In this document: positions 13,154 to 26,463 of the stretch, piece after piece | Numbering within the stretch: the stretch's first letter is position 1 | Layout: every line of letters begins with the position of its first letter | NCBI GenBank assembly: GCA_013239625.1 | Contig: MU053934.1 | Coordinates: forward strand, 458,074-522,073 | DNA from: Lama guanicoe | Lineage: Eukaryota | Direction of reading: 5' to 3' | Length of the DNA: 64,000 nt | Notes under the pieces: model-generated | Database searches by the model: none | What the model saw: only the letters and a program-made list of their open reading frames with translations | What the model was told of the DNA's origin: nothing | Position numbers and translations under genes: made by a program

Positions 13154-13240
13154 TCATATTCTTTTTCATTATAGGTATTACAAGGTATTGAATATAGTTC
13201 CCTGTGCTGTAGCCTATAATGAAAAAGAATATGAAAAGGA

Positions 13241-13271
<31 letters not shown>

Positions 13272-13346
13272 ACTGAGTCACTGTGCTGTTCAGCAGAAAC
13301 TAACACAGGATTGTAAATTGACTATACTTCAATTAAAAAAAAAAAA
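13154..13346 (+). mobile_element. 5'-truncated, 5'-inverted L1 3' end
   Basis: 13154-13210 is reverse-oriented L1 3'UTR and 13211-13346 is forward 3'UTR with poly(A). TSD approximately AAAGGACTGGGGACA/AAAGACTGGGACA. Confidence 0.88.
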
Positions 13347-14545
13347 AAAGACTGGGACAAAGGCCAGGCAGATGGGCCTGGACCACACAAGGCCTGACAG
13401 GAGACACCAACTGTCCCAACAAATTGAAGTAAAATCCAAGTCTGACTCAGAAATGCCCTCCACTGACTATACCACACGGTTCACATGATCTGACCCTTTC
13501 TGACCTTATCAGCCCAGCTCCATGGGTTATTTTCTGAATTTGTCCATCAACTCTTTTACACACTTGTAGGTGGCTCCTCCAGCCTTGAGACTCCAGCCTG
13601 CAAATTAAAACATCCCCAGGGGATTTATCTCAGGCACACTGTCGATGGGAAGTTGTCCCGGACCGTCAAGGACAGACCCACTCCCGGGTCCTCCCACCCC
13701 AGGAGGCCACGCCTCGGCTTACCACGTGGACTGTTCCAGACTTGCTTGTTCTGCCGGGCCTCCCCACCAGCTACACAAGGCAGGACTCGCAGCTCTACCA
13801 GTGGGTGCTCGAGTGTGGGGGACCAAGCTTAAACACCAAGTCCGCAAAAGAAGAAGAAAGGAAAGGGGAACACACAGGTTTGCTTGCGATCGGAAAGCAG
13901 TGTTATTCAGAAACCGTTTGTAAGCTGCAATGCCCTAAAGAGAAGAAGCAGTTCCCTAAGGACACGTCCTGCTCAGGGATGCACAAAAGGCACGGAGCTG
14001 AGGAACACCTTCTCACAGACAGTGCAAAGCTGATGCTGGGGGGCCGAGTGTCATTCCTGGAGAAGGAGCTGGCGGGGCACCCCCCTTGCTGCTGGGGGTG
14101 CCTAGTGCCTCTGTAAGGGTTCACAGCAAAACAAACATGGAATGCACTATTTTCGCTTTTTGCCTTTTTTTGTAGAAGTGCATATCCTCTTGGGATTTTG
14201 TTCAGTTAGTGAACACAGATTCTGTTGTAGGTCTTCGGGAAAAGAGCACTGGCATAAAGTGAACATTCAAAATGCGGGGAGAGGGGTCCCTGTACAGACT
14301 TTGGCAAATGAGTCTTTGGCCTGTCACTGGCCTCAGTTTTCTCAACTCTGTGAACAAAATAATACCCAGGTTTCTCTGCTTGTCTGGTACGTGGGTAAGA
14401 GATACAGAAGCTCAGGGGTATTCATTGTTTTCAAAAAGAAGTAATTTTGGGAATCAGCCTTTTATTTCAGAAATGGAACCCATTTTATGCGGTGTCATCA
14501 TAAAACGATGTATACGAATGATTAACTGATCAAGGCAGTAAACAG

Positions 14546-15276
14546 AGAGTCCTTAAAACACTAAAAGTAGAGTTAGTGTATGATCCAGCAATCCCACTCC
14601 TGGGCATGTACCCAGAGAAAACTCTAATTTGGAAAGATACATGCACCCCAGTGTTCATAGCAGCACTATTTATAATAGTCAAGACATGGAAGCAACCTAA
14701 ATGTCCATGGACAGATGACTGGATAAAGAAGTTGTGGACATATATGTATCTATCTATATCTATATATATATACATACACATATGGTACATATATGTACAT
14801 ATATACACATACACACATACATATACATACAATGGACTATTACTCAGCCACAAAAAGAATAAAATAATGCCATTTAGAGCAACATGGGTGGACCTGGAGA
14901 TTGTCATTCTAAGTGAAGTAAGCCAGAAAGAAAACTATCATATGATATCATGTATACGTGGAATCTGAAAAAAATGATACAAATGAACATACAAAACAGA
15001 AAGAGACTCACACACATAGAAAATAAACTTCTGGTTATCAAAGAGGAAAGGGGTAGGGGGAGGGATAAGTTAGGAGTGTTGGATTAGCAGGTACAAACTA
15101 CTATATATAAAATAAACAACAAGGTCCTACTGTATAGCACAGGGAACTACATTCAATATCTTATAATAACCTCTAATGAAAAATTATATATGTGTGTGTG
15201 TAACTGAATCATTATGCTGTTCACAAGAAACTAAATACAACATGGCAAATCAACTGAACTTCAACTAAAAAAATAA
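14546..15276 (+). mobile_element. L1 3' portion (ORF2 C-terminus + 3'UTR)
   Basis: ORF 14576 YDPAIPLLGMYPEK...TPVFIAALFIIVKTWKQPKCP is the L1 ORF2p C-terminus. Embedded (TA/CA) microsatellite and A-rich tail. Confidence 0.93.
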
Positions 15277-16025
15277 TTCTCAATTTATAATTTAAAACTG
15301 GCTTCCCGCACCTCTCCCAAAGGAGCTGCCATACAATTAAATGATATATACGCAGGACTCCCAGTGCAGATTAGGCAAAAGGAGATATATAATGGCGTAA
15401 GGGGTTGGAAAGGGGATGATCACATCAAGTCCCAGCAGAGGATGGTGATGCACTCAGCCGTCACATTGAAAGGCACTTGGGGCAGGAAGGGCAAAGGGCT
15501 GAGCTGAGGGTCTCTCTGATGAGACAGGAGGAACAACGAACAATGCCGTGGGGAAGGGGTCAAGTGCCAGCTTTCAGGGGACAGACACTTCCAGCAACAC
15601 ATCGTAGGAGATGGGGAAGCAAAGAGATCTTTATGCTCAGAAGCATAGGAGAGCAGTGTGCTCAGAACATGACCAATCAGACTGTCATCCACCAGGCATC
15701 CCGCACCCAGTGGCTTCTGTCCCCTTAAAGCAGCATCTTAGGGACTTTTCATTTACTCCAGCTAAAAATGCCACCATTGACCCAAAAGGTGGGGGTGTCC
15801 CTGGTTTAGATTTGACTTCACAGCTCATTCCCAAGCAAGAGATGATGTTGAGGACCATGATGAAGGTCAACAGACAGAACACAGGATGAACACGGCCCCG
15901 GCCCCAGCCCCAAGCCTCGGCTCCTACACATCAAATGTCATTTTCCCGGCTTCCTGAGGAGGGCTGTTAGGAGAAACAAATGAGTCACAGTACATTAGGA
16001 CCTACACAAACACAGAACACAGTCC

Positions 16026-16666
16026 TTTCTTTTTTTTTGAATTAAAATTTTTATTTTTATTACTATAGAACTTTTTTTTAATTGAAGTATATTCAGTTTA
16101 TAATGTTGTGTTGATTTCTGGTGTATAGCACAGTGATTCAATTACACATATACATATTCCTCTGCATACTTCTTTTCATTACAGGCCATTGCGAGGTACT
16201 GGATTTAGTTCCCTGTGCTCTACAGTAGGACCTTGCTGTTTAACTATTTTATATATAGTAGTCAGTATCGGCAAATCCTGAATTCCCAGTTTATCCCACC
16301 ACATCTCCCCCCGCTTTCCCTCCTGGTAACCATAAGTTTGTTTTCTATGTCTGTGAATCTGTTCCTGTTTTGGAAAGAAGTTCATTTGTCTCATTTTTTT
16401 TTTAGATTCTACATATAAATGATGTCATATGATTATTTGTCTTTGTCTGACTTCACTTAGTATGACAACTCCCAGGTCCTTCTATTTTACTGCAAATGGC
16501 AATATTTCATTCTTTTTCACGGCCGAGTAGTATTCCATTGTGCATATATACCACAACTTCTTTATCCAGTCATCTGCCAATGGACATTTAGGTTGCTTCC
16601 ATGTCTTGGCTATTGTAAACAGTGATGCTGTGAACATTGGGGTACGTGTGTCTTTTCGAATTAGAG
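16026..16666 (-). mobile_element. L1 3' portion
   Basis: Poly(T) start followed by the reverse complement of the same L1 region (TTAGGTTGCTTCCATGTCTTGGCTATTG). Confidence 0.93.
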
Positions 16667-17079
16667 CTCAAACAGTCTTCAGTGCTTAACTCTCTGGTCC
16701 CATCCAACACGTAACAACAGAGACCTAGAACCCACCAGGTACAAGTGTCAGTGCCGGAGCACAGCAACACTCAGCAGAGAGAAACACCCCTGGTCCCACG
16801 AAGGTTCCATCCACGTGTTTGTGTGTGTGTGCACCCGTATGCATGCGTGTTGGGGGGAGATACAGACCCAAGGATAGTAACTAGCTGCACTCTACAGCGT
16901 ATTAGAAAGTGGCAAGTACGAAGGAGAAAAATTAAGTCGAAACTAAAGGTAGGAAATGGGAGATGGGTTTGCGTTTTTAAGCAGAGCAGTTGGAAGGAAC
17001 TTACGGAGAGGGTTGTACTTGAGCAAAATTTGGGTATCTAAGGGGAAAAAAATATTCCAGGGAAGGGAATAGCTCATTG

Positions 17080-17440
17080 GACTCCTGGCAGGAAGAAGAT
17101 GGCATCCTCCAATTGGAATTTGAGGAGAGACTGGAATAAAAGTCGGGTTGAGGGCAACTACAAGTCCTGCAGAAGCCCAGGGTTAGTAAGAGGAGGGACT
17201 GGGTCACCTCTAGACAGGATGTGGTCCTGGGGATGTGACAGAAGTGCACAGGGAGGGCTGCCCGCAGGAGCCATAGCCCTCCTGGCTTCATTCCTGTGCC
17301 CTCAGAAAGGACGCACAGGGAAGAAATGACCCCAGCCTCACTCTCTTCCCTCTCACTGATCTCCTGCCAGGGTCCTCCCAACAGGAAACTAGGGGCAAGC
17401 ATGCCTGTGGGTGTGCTCCATACAGGTCAGGCTGAGGGGC
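17080..17440 (-). mobile_element. ERVL LTR (LTR33-like) inserted in an L2 remnant
   Basis: CAGGAAGAAGATGGCATCCTCCAATTGGAATTTGAGGAGAG and CCCAGCCTCACTCTC...TGATCTCCTGCCAG, with L2-like flanks (16980-17072, 17495-17580). Confidence 0.55.
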
Positions 17441-18706
17441 ACCAAGGTGGAGAAGGGCGAGTAGAGAGGGAAGGGCCACAGAAAAAATCCAGTATCCAGT
17501 GCAAAGGTCCTGAGGCAGAAGTTTGCTGGAGGAGTAGCAAGGAGGAAGTGGCTAGCATTTCTGGAGAGAAATGAACAGGCTGAGGGAGCAGCACAGAACG
17601 GGGGGAGTGGCACAGACCAGGAGGTCTCCTCCAGACAGAAGCTCTGTAAGGCTTGACTGATTCACTGCCAGGTGCCCAGTGCATGGCATCAGCTTGACAA
17701 AAAGGAGTGCGGAAGAGTATGCATCCTGTCAATGGATGAACAGGTGAGTGGGCAAGTAAGTGAAAAGTAAGCAAATCTCTGGCAAATGAGAAAAAAAAAT
17801 AATGAATGTGACTGAATTTCTAAGAAGTCCCCTGGAACCTCTGTATCCAAACAATTGCAGTCACTTCCAAACTACCCACAATCAGAGGCCACATCATTTA
17901 TTCTCATGCTGCTGCTACTGCTGGCTGTCACCGTGGCCCCTTTCTCAGGGACCTGCCCAGTGGGCTTGCACAGGCCTCAGTGCCTTTGCATGTGCTTTCA
18001 GTGTCCGGAACACCACCCACCCCCTCACCCGTGACCAGACAAATCACCGCCTGTGACAAGCCTCTCCTGACAACCACCTTAAGAGACTGGGTACGTATAA
18101 GTACTGAGTATTATGCCCCAGCACCCTGCACTAACTCCTACCATACCACTTAATTATGTACCCAAATTTTGCTTCATTCATTTTGCATACTTCCAGACTA
18201 TAAGCTCCTTAAGAGAAATACCTCATTGCTTTTACTTCTGTACCTCTAATATTCAACAGAGTTCTTGGCAGAAAGTTGGCACTCAAATTTTAGCTGAATG
18301 CCTGAGTGGATGGAAAAATAAAATCCACACAGCATTAAGCGGCAGACAGAGTTGTTTAATTTCTGGTCTAGGATTCTTGGTATAAAGCAACTCTTCTATT
18401 TTTAATACACCCCACATTCCTGAAGATGACAGTACTGCAGAATCACAGAAACGCGATGAACAGTTTACAACCTGCGACACGCTCGGCAACTCAAAATGAC
18501 AACATTAATTTAATGAACTTAAACACTGCTGAACTCTTTTGACACAGCCGAAGTTATTTACGCTGGGAAGTACGTGCCAAAGAGAGACTCAAACAAAGAT
18601 GACATGTGTATCTTTCAAATGTTAATTTGTACTTTAAACTTTGATACAGAGAACTTGGCTTTTCTCTTTTGGAGTCAGGGAATCAAGAGACTGGCTGACT
18701 TTTTGA

Positions 18707-18780
18707 TGCATCCATCTACCCATCCATCTATTTACCCACCCACCCATTTACCCACCCATCCATTTATTCATACATCCTTC
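18707..18780 (+). repeat. (CCAT/CCAC)-type simple repeat
   Basis: CATCCATCTACCCATCCATC...CCACCCACCC. Confidence 0.7.
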
Positions 18781-18978
18781 CTTCCTGTATGACATGTACA
18801 CCATTAGGCCGTAGGAATTCAGTTACCATCCCTACCATCACAATCTATTTAGAGAGACAAACAGAAGTAAACACAATGTAATAAGCATAAGAATCAAATG
18901 AAAAAGTGCTAGAAGACTCAAGAAGTGAATGGTTTGGTGGAGAAAAGCAGAAAGTCCATCGTATTCAGGAAGACGGTG

Positions 18979-19395
18979 GGCATCAGTTTCCTCTGGCTGC
19001 CATAACAAAGTGCCACAAACTGGGTGGCTTGAACAACAGACATGCCTTGTCTCAGAGTTCTGGAGGCCAGAACTCCAAGATCAAGATAACAGCAGAGTTG
19101 GCTTCTACTGAGAGCCATGGGTGAGAACCTGTCCTACACCTCTCTCCTAGCTTCTGGTGGCTTCCGGCATTCCTTGGCTTGTGTATGGCATGCTCCCTGT
19201 GTGTCCACTTCGTTCATGTCTCTGGGTCCAAATTTCCCCTATTCACCAGGATGCCAGTCATCTTGGATTAGGTCCCTCCCTAATGACCTCGTCTTGACCA
19301 GATCCTCATTTCCAGACAAGGTCACCGTCACAGACATTAGGTGGTTAGAACCTCAATCAGCATCGTTGGAGAGGGACCCAGTTCAACCCATAACA
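18979..19395 (-). mobile_element. MaLR LTR (MLT1B/C-like)
   Basis: TTTCCTCTGGCTGCCATAACAAAGTGCCACAAACTGGGTGGCTT...AGTTCTGGAGGCCAGAACTCCAAGATCAAG...TTCAACCCATAACA. Confidence 0.85.
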
Positions 19396-20142
19396 TGACA
19401 AGCTGGCTCTAGAGAGACAAACACGAGCTCACCAACAGGACAGCAGAGAAGAGAGCTGGCACAGTCAAGGGAATGGAGGTCTGGGGGACGGTGTGACTGT
19501 TTGACAAGCAGGCCAGTGACACAGCTCAGGGTGTGGAACACGGGACCAGGTCACCCGAGGCTTTGACAATGGCTGTCGTCCTACTAGTGATGAGAAACCA
19601 CAGAAAGGTTCTAAGCAAAGGATTAAAACAGTGTGGTGCTTTGGGAAGACTCTTTTGGCCACATGAAGATACTTTTAATTTTGTCCTTTGGTTCCTCTTT
19701 GTCCCAAGAACTGGCAGGGAAGGCCCACTGAACCCTCACATTTCTACTTGTCGGGGGGCAGGTGGGGTTCATATTTCTCTTTCCTAACAACCCTGGCCTC
19801 CGCACTGGCACAGAACTGATCTGCACATCAAGTGGTCAGTCATCACGACGACCTTCTCCCACTTCTGTTTAGACTGGGAGGCTGGCGGCCACACCCCTTT
19901 CACAGCCAGGGAGTCAGGGGCAGAGGGAAAAAGAAACACCTCCACACTTCCTCTCACTGCCGTGAGATTCCTCACCTTCGTTTCCTAGAGCGAGAGGATA
20001 CCCAAGCCAGAGGGCCACAGAGGTGCTGCAAAGTGTGCCCCCCAGAACTGTGAGGGCATCTCGGGGAACACCCTGTGGGGTGAGGTCCAGAATAAACAAG
20101 GAATCCGAGCCTCCTGGTCCTGTCTTACCTTGAGCAGCTCCA

Positions 20143-21295
20143 TTTTTATCTGTTTTTTTTTAATAACACCTTTATTGAGATACAATTCACATACCATAAA
20201 ATTTACTCTTTCAAAGTACACAATTCAGTGGCTTTTAATATATTCCCAGAGTTGGGCAACCATCACCACTATCTAATTCCTGAATGATTTCATAACCCTA
20301 AAAGAAACAGGGGACCCACTCCCAGTCACTCCCTATTTACCCCCACCCCACCCCAACCCCTGGAAACCACTAATCAACTCGCTTGTCTCTACGGTCTATT
20401 TTGACATTTCATATGAGTGGAATCATAAATATGCTCTTTTGTGGCTGGCTTCTTTACTTAATATTTCCAAGTTTCAATCGTACTGTGGCATGTATCAATT
20501 CTTCGTTTCTTTTTAGTTCTGAATAAGAGCCCACTGTGTGGTTAGATCACATTTTGTTTTATCCCTTCATCAATTCACAGGCATTTGGGTAGCTTCCACC
20601 TTTTGATTACTATGAATAAGCTGCTATGAACATAAGTCCTGGAGTATCTGTTTGCAATTCCCTCGGGCATATACCTAGGACTAGCATTGCTGGGTGATCG
20701 TGTAACTTTGAGGAACGGCCAAACCGCTTTCCAAAGTGGCGGAGCCATTTTGCATTCCCCCCAGTAAGGTACGGGGGTTCTGATTTCCCCACAACCTCTC
20801 CAACACTTGTTACTCTCTATCTTTTTGATAATCACCACCCTAGGGGGTGTGAGGGGTATCCCGCTGTGACTGTGATTTGCATTCCCCAGTGACCAACCAC
20901 GTTGAGCATCTTTTTACGTGCAATTGGCTGTTTGTATACCTTCTTTGGAGAGGGGTCTATTCAAGTCCTTGGTCCATTTTCTTCAGGGGCTTATCTGCCT
21001 TGTCTTTGTTGAGCTATAAATGTTCTTCATCTCTTCTGGATACAAGTCCCTTGTCAGTCATATGACTGCAAATATTTTCTATGTTTTGGGCTGTCTTTTC
21101 ACTTTCTGAATGGTTTCCTTTGACACACAATAGACATCAATTCTGAAAGTCTAATTTTTTTTTTTGGCTTGTGCTTTTGGAATTGTATCTAAGAAATCAT
21201 TGCCTAATCCAAAGTCACTAAGGTTTATTCTATGTTTCCTTCTAAGAGTCTTACATTTATTTGAGGTCTAGGATCCATTTTGAGTTGACTTTCAT
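20143..21295 (-). mobile_element. Older L1 (L1MB/MA-like) 3' portion
   Basis: TTTATTGAGATACAATTCACATACCATAAAATT terminus. ORF 20575-20838 NKCWRGCGE...ECKMAPPLWKAVW is the ORF2p Cys-rich domain. Confidence 0.9.
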
Positions 21296-23179
21296 TGTTT
21301 CCCTTTGGAGGAGATGGTAATCCACATAAAATTTGTTTCACTGTCCCAACACCCAGCCAGATTCTAGAAAGGAGGCGCACCTTAACACTAGAGCCACACC
21401 TCCCCACACGCACCAAGTCTCCACGTGGCACAGGTCAGAGGGAGCCTCTTCCCCTCTTCCCAGAGGCTGTGCCCCCGCCCCAACCATGGAAACACTCACA
21501 TTCAGATCTGCAGCAGCCTGAAATGACCCTGGGTGCTTGGAACAGACTTGCCCACGTCTGTCATCTGCTACTTATCTGTCCAGAACCCTTTTTAATTAAT
21601 CTCAGGTCTTGTGCCCCACTCCCCGACACACACTGCCCCGCAGGTATTCAGGGGACTGAAGTATCTTTATCAAAACCTCACCTCCCACGGGGACTTATCT
21701 TACTCGCTCAATTAAATTCATTGAACACTTATACCGCGTACCTTGTATTTGGCCCCAGGGATACCAAACCGAACAAGGTGACGAGGCCCTGCCCTAGAGG
21801 AACTGTCACTATAGTGGGGGAGACGCACACTGAGTACTGACACGGTCATGTCCCCAGTATTTAATAGTCACACATGTAATTGCTGACTTTCACTGCTGTG
21901 TGCCTGGTTCCGCACGTTGTGTTCCACGTGGATTACTTAACGCCTTAACGACTTGATGCGGCAGCGATGTCACTGCTCCACTTACAGCACATGTTAAGCA
22001 CCAGTTCTGCACTCAGACAGAGGGACAAGCAAGCACCAGTGCCAAACAGTGAGCTGGGGACCGGTTCAAGTACAAGGGGCCTTGAGGTTGAGCTTACACA
22101 GTGAAAAGGCAGAGAATGGGGCAAAAATAAAGGCAGAAAAAATATCTGTCAAGTTAGATGCATGATGCTTCTAGACGGTTGGGAGATGAGGACGTGGGAA
22201 GGGAGAGAGGGTGGCCTCTGTCAGAATTCACATGCAAGGACCACAGCCTGGAAAGTCGGCAAATTGCAAGGGGAAAAAGCCACATACAAACTCGCCTTGT
22301 GCTGATACATAGTATTACTATATACTCTGTGCCTTTGAGATAATCTGCCCTCCCCCACGCCCGAAGTGCTGCCAGAGTGAAGGAAAATGGCATTAATAGA
22401 ATCCGGCGTGAGGATACGATTTAGGCACAGGGAGGCAGAGACGAGGCTGTCTGACTCCTTACAATAAATACTCGTATTTCAGGTAATCGAGCTTGGTTCT
22501 TAGTGCTAATGTCATTTTCTGCTAATTTAACGTCCCGAGAATCCCTCTGAGTAGGAAGATTGCTGGTGGAAGGCAAGCAGAGCCCATTCTGGGAAAAAGA
22601 ACCATTTCCCCAACCCAGGTGTGCTCAAAGGCTGAAAGAGAAAGAAACAAAACAAAACAAAACATAAACACCAATCCATCCCACCGAGGACAGGGAGTTA
22701 GATAGATCCTCGGAGGTGGTCTGGGCATGAAGGCTGCGTGCTGAGCAGGAGGGGCAGTGGTTATTTGAGATCCTTCCTTTGGAAGCAAACTGATCAGGCC
22801 CTCCCGCACCAGGCACGAGGCAGGCCAGCTGGGCTCCCAGGGGCCTGGGCTGACTTCTGGAGGGAGGGGAGATGGAAGGGAGCTGGGGGTGAGGCGAGCA
22901 TGCATCTCACCATCCCTTCTTCTAAAAGAAGCATGAAAGCATCTCTCTACCTCAGTTGGAGTGGAAGCTTCTCAGTTGCCCTGGACCAATCCCCGTTCGT
23001 GCCTGCTGTCCCAGCCTAATTATTATAGCATCCTCTCATCCTTTAAAGCATTCCAGTCTGGATGATCAATTGTACAGCTTTCCCAGGTACAGCGGGCAGA
23101 ACGTGACGGGAGGAGACAAGAAACCGAGCATAGAATCTGGTTTCCTCTCTGCTCACCAGGCCACCTGGATAAAGGCACT

Positions 23180-23340
23180 TTAACTCCCAGGCCTCAGTGT
23201 CCTCGTCTGAAAAAGGGACCAACCACACACATCTGGCAACTATGTCTGTGAGGCTTCAATGAATCAACGTACGTAATTTACTTGTGTCAGCACAGTGCCC
23301 GGCACAGAAGAGAATCTCAATGTGTAATGAGCTATTACTG
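23180..23340 (+). mobile_element. MIR fragment
   Basis: GCCTCAGTGTCCTCGTCTGAAAAAGGG...GTGAGG...CAGCACAGTGCCCGGCACA. Confidence 0.6.
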
Positions 23341-25507
23341 GTAGTCGGTTCCCACAAGCAGGAAGAGCCCAGGATGCTGAGCTTTGGGAAAAAGCTCCTT
23401 TTCATCCTAATTCTGAGCGATCCCCCAGCCTCCCTTCAGCCTCTGTCCCCTGGCATCCAGCATCCTCAGCTCACAGCTAATCACAGAAACGGAGCGTTAA
23501 AAAGGCACCCAGGTGCTGGCGTACTGCTCCGAGGGCTGAATAGGATTTCAGAAACCAGAAGGCCTGCCGCTTCCAGCTGTGGCTCTGCCCTGTTCTAATT
23601 TCCCCAGCAGCAGTGAGGACAATGAAGCTGGGAGTTTCCATCCGAGGGGACATTTCCCCCCCTCCCTTCATCTCCTGACCGTGGTCTTCAATGATAGAGT
23701 GCGATGCTCAGACGCAGGGAGGCTGAGGGAGGGAGGCAGAGAAGTGACCCCTGGAAACGCATCTGCAGAAGCAGATTACAGAGCTTCCCACAGACTGGAG
23801 CAGCCCCTGAGCTCCTGGCAGAAGGGGAGGGAAGAGTAGGAAAAAACTGCAGCTCCTCCTGGGGCCTGATGAAGATTAATATCTCCTCCCTGATGAGATG
23901 AGGTGGCTTAATCGCTTCTATTAATACAGAATCACTGAGGGCCAAAGATGGGGGCGTGGAGGGAGGTGGGGGAGGGGACAAGACTGCCTCACCAATACCG
24001 TGCAGAAGCAGAAAGGAACACCCTGAATGTATGAAGGTAATATTTTTTCAAGGCTCAAAAGTTCTAACAGAAACCTGCTGGCCAAGGCACTGCACGAGAC
24101 CTTGCAGTTTCAGATCTACGTTGTGCTTTTCCTCCTAAGACCACTGGACCAACCTGGTTAAACATGCTGGTCTCAAAGACCACATCTGCTATCACTGGGT
24201 GGTCTCAGCAGAGAGACGGTCACCTCCTTGCAATCTCAAGATTCCAACCAATGACAGCTCAGGTGGCCTTCCAACTCCACTCTCCATGGACCACTCTAAG
24301 CCATGCTTCCAGACTCAGCCTAAGAGGCATCTCCTTCATGAAGCTCTCCTCGATGTCCCCAAATAGTTCAGAGTCCTTTGTTCTGGATGCCCAAGGACAG
24401 ATGTATATGCTTCTGTTACAGTAATCACTGTGGATTCCTACTGGGAGCCATCCCCCAAAAAGACTGCTCCTCTTGGACTTAAATGCTTCCTTCCTACCAT
24501 TCTGTAACTTCCATAACAGCATCTCCATCACTTCATCTCCTGCTTTCCTCTAAGGACCCACTACCCTCAGGGAAGGAACACATGGAGCAAAGTCATTGTC
24601 CCCCAAGACCAATAAGGAAACAAGTTTCCCTGAGGGCCGGGACCATGAGTAAAGCTTATCTGTGTCTTTCTCAGACTCTGGGCCAGTATCAAGTACACCC
24701 TGGGTCCTTAATAAACCTATGTCCCATCATCTGACAGGAAAACATGGGGGTGGAACAAAGAGGCACTGAAAAATCAGCCAGCTGCAAAGACGAAACCTCA
24801 CATCACAAAGAAATGTACAAAGGCATGGGGGGCAGCAGGTCTCTCCTGTTCAGAGTATGGGCATCCTTCTCAAAGGTGGTCACTAAAAAAAGGGCAGCAA
24901 AGGGAAGACTCCTCTCTCTCCCCTCCCTACTCACCCTCACTCAAACTCAGGTGAATTTTCATCTCAGATGAGCTCAGGATTCCTGACTCCCCAAATCCCA
25001 CACCATCTGACAACTGGGCGTACGGGTCTGGGAAATGCGGAATCAGAAAGGGAGAATCCTGGAAGTGCAGGCCTTGTGCAAAACAAGCTTGACCCCCGTG
25101 CTTTACAGAGCGAACTGGAACCACTTTGTCAAGGGCACGAAAAACATCAGCTGTGAGGGGGTGCTGGTTGGGGGTTCACGCAAGAGGACAAGCCATCAGC
25201 AAAGTGTCTGATGAACACATGCGCGTGCTGAGCGTGTAATAACCAGCTCTCGGGGACACAAAGCACACGCATACAGAATAAATGCGGCAGCCTTACAAGC
25301 GCTGGGGCTTCGCTGCCCCAGCTTTTAATTACAGGCGCACCTTGGAGAGAGTGCGCGCCAGGTTCCAGACCACCACCACAGTAAAGCAAATATCACGATA
25401 AAGTGAGTCACACGGAGTTTTTGGTTTCTCAGTGCATATGAAAGTTATGGCCACACTATACTGTAATCTATTAAGTGTGCAACAGCATCGTCTAAAAAAA
25501 CCATGTG

Positions 25508-25665
25508 TCACACAGGGAACTATATTCAGTACCTCCTAACGGTCTAGAGTGGAAAAGAATATGAAAAGGAATATATATATATGTGTATAAATGAATCACT
25601 ATGCTGTACACCAGAAATTAACACATTATAAGTCAACTATCCTTCAATAAGACAAAATAAAAATT
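25508..25665 (+). mobile_element. Short L1 3' end inserted in Tigger1
   Basis: CACAGGGAACTATATTCAG...TCACTATGCTGTACACCAGAAATTAACAC...A tail. TSD AAAAAACCATGTG/AAAAAACAATGTG. Confidence 0.85.
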
Positions 25666-25965
25666 AAAAAACAATGTGCATACCATAATTAAAAAATACT
25701 TTATTGTTAAAAAGTGCTAACCATCATCTGAGCCTTCAGCGAGTCGTAATCTTTTTGTTGGAATTTTGCCTCAATGTGATGGTCACGGACTAACTCACCA
25801 GGGTGGTGGTTGCTGAAGGCTGGGCTTAATTAAAATTAAGAAATTTTAATTTCTTGAAATAAGACAACAAAGAAGTTTGCTGCATCAACTGACTCTTCCT
25901 TTCATGAACGATTTCTCTATAGCAGGGGATGCTGTCTGGTAGCATTTTACCCATGACAGGGCCTC

Positions 25966-26061
25966 TTTTTTTTTTTTTTTTTTTAATGGAGGTACTGGGG
26001 ATTGAACCCAGGGCCCCCTGCAGGCTAAGCCTGCGCTCTTCCACGGAGCTAGACCCACCCC
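25966..26061 (-). mobile_element. Vic-1-like SINE inserted in Tigger1
   Basis: Poly(T) plus GGAGGTACTGGGGATTGAACCCAGGG...GAGCTA. TSD AGGGCCTCT/AGGGACTCT. Confidence 0.88.
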
Positions 26062-26463
26062 TAGGGACTCTGTAAAAATTGGAGTCAATCCTGCTGCTGC
26101 CTTAGCGACTAAGTTTATGTAATATTCTAAATCCTTTGTTGTCATTCCAAAAATTCAGTTCACCATCTCATATGGGTGGGTTCGTGGAGCCCCAAAACAA
26201 TTACCATAATAAAGATCAATGATCACAGAGCACCATAACAAATATAAAGTCTGAAATGTTGCAAGAATTACCAAAATGTGACACACAGACACAAAGTGAG
26301 AAAATGCTGTTGGAAAACAGTGCCCAAGTGAGATAAAGCCACATGCAATAAAATGAGGTATGCCTGTAGACTGGAGTCTTAACAACACAATAGCTTACCT
26401 ATCCTCTAAAAAAAAAAAAGTTGATAAATCATGCAACAACACGAACCCCTCAGGTAGGTTAAA

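Larger units (their letters stand above)
25332..26366 (-). mobile_element. Internally deleted Tigger1-family (TcMar-Tigger) element with nested L1 and SINE
   Basis: TA|CAGGCGCACCT...AGGTATGCCTG|TA gives TIRs and a TA TSD. Transposase C-terminal remnants MTTKDLEYYINLV.KAAAG and CYREIVHERKSQLMQQTSLLSYFKKL. Confidence 0.92.
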
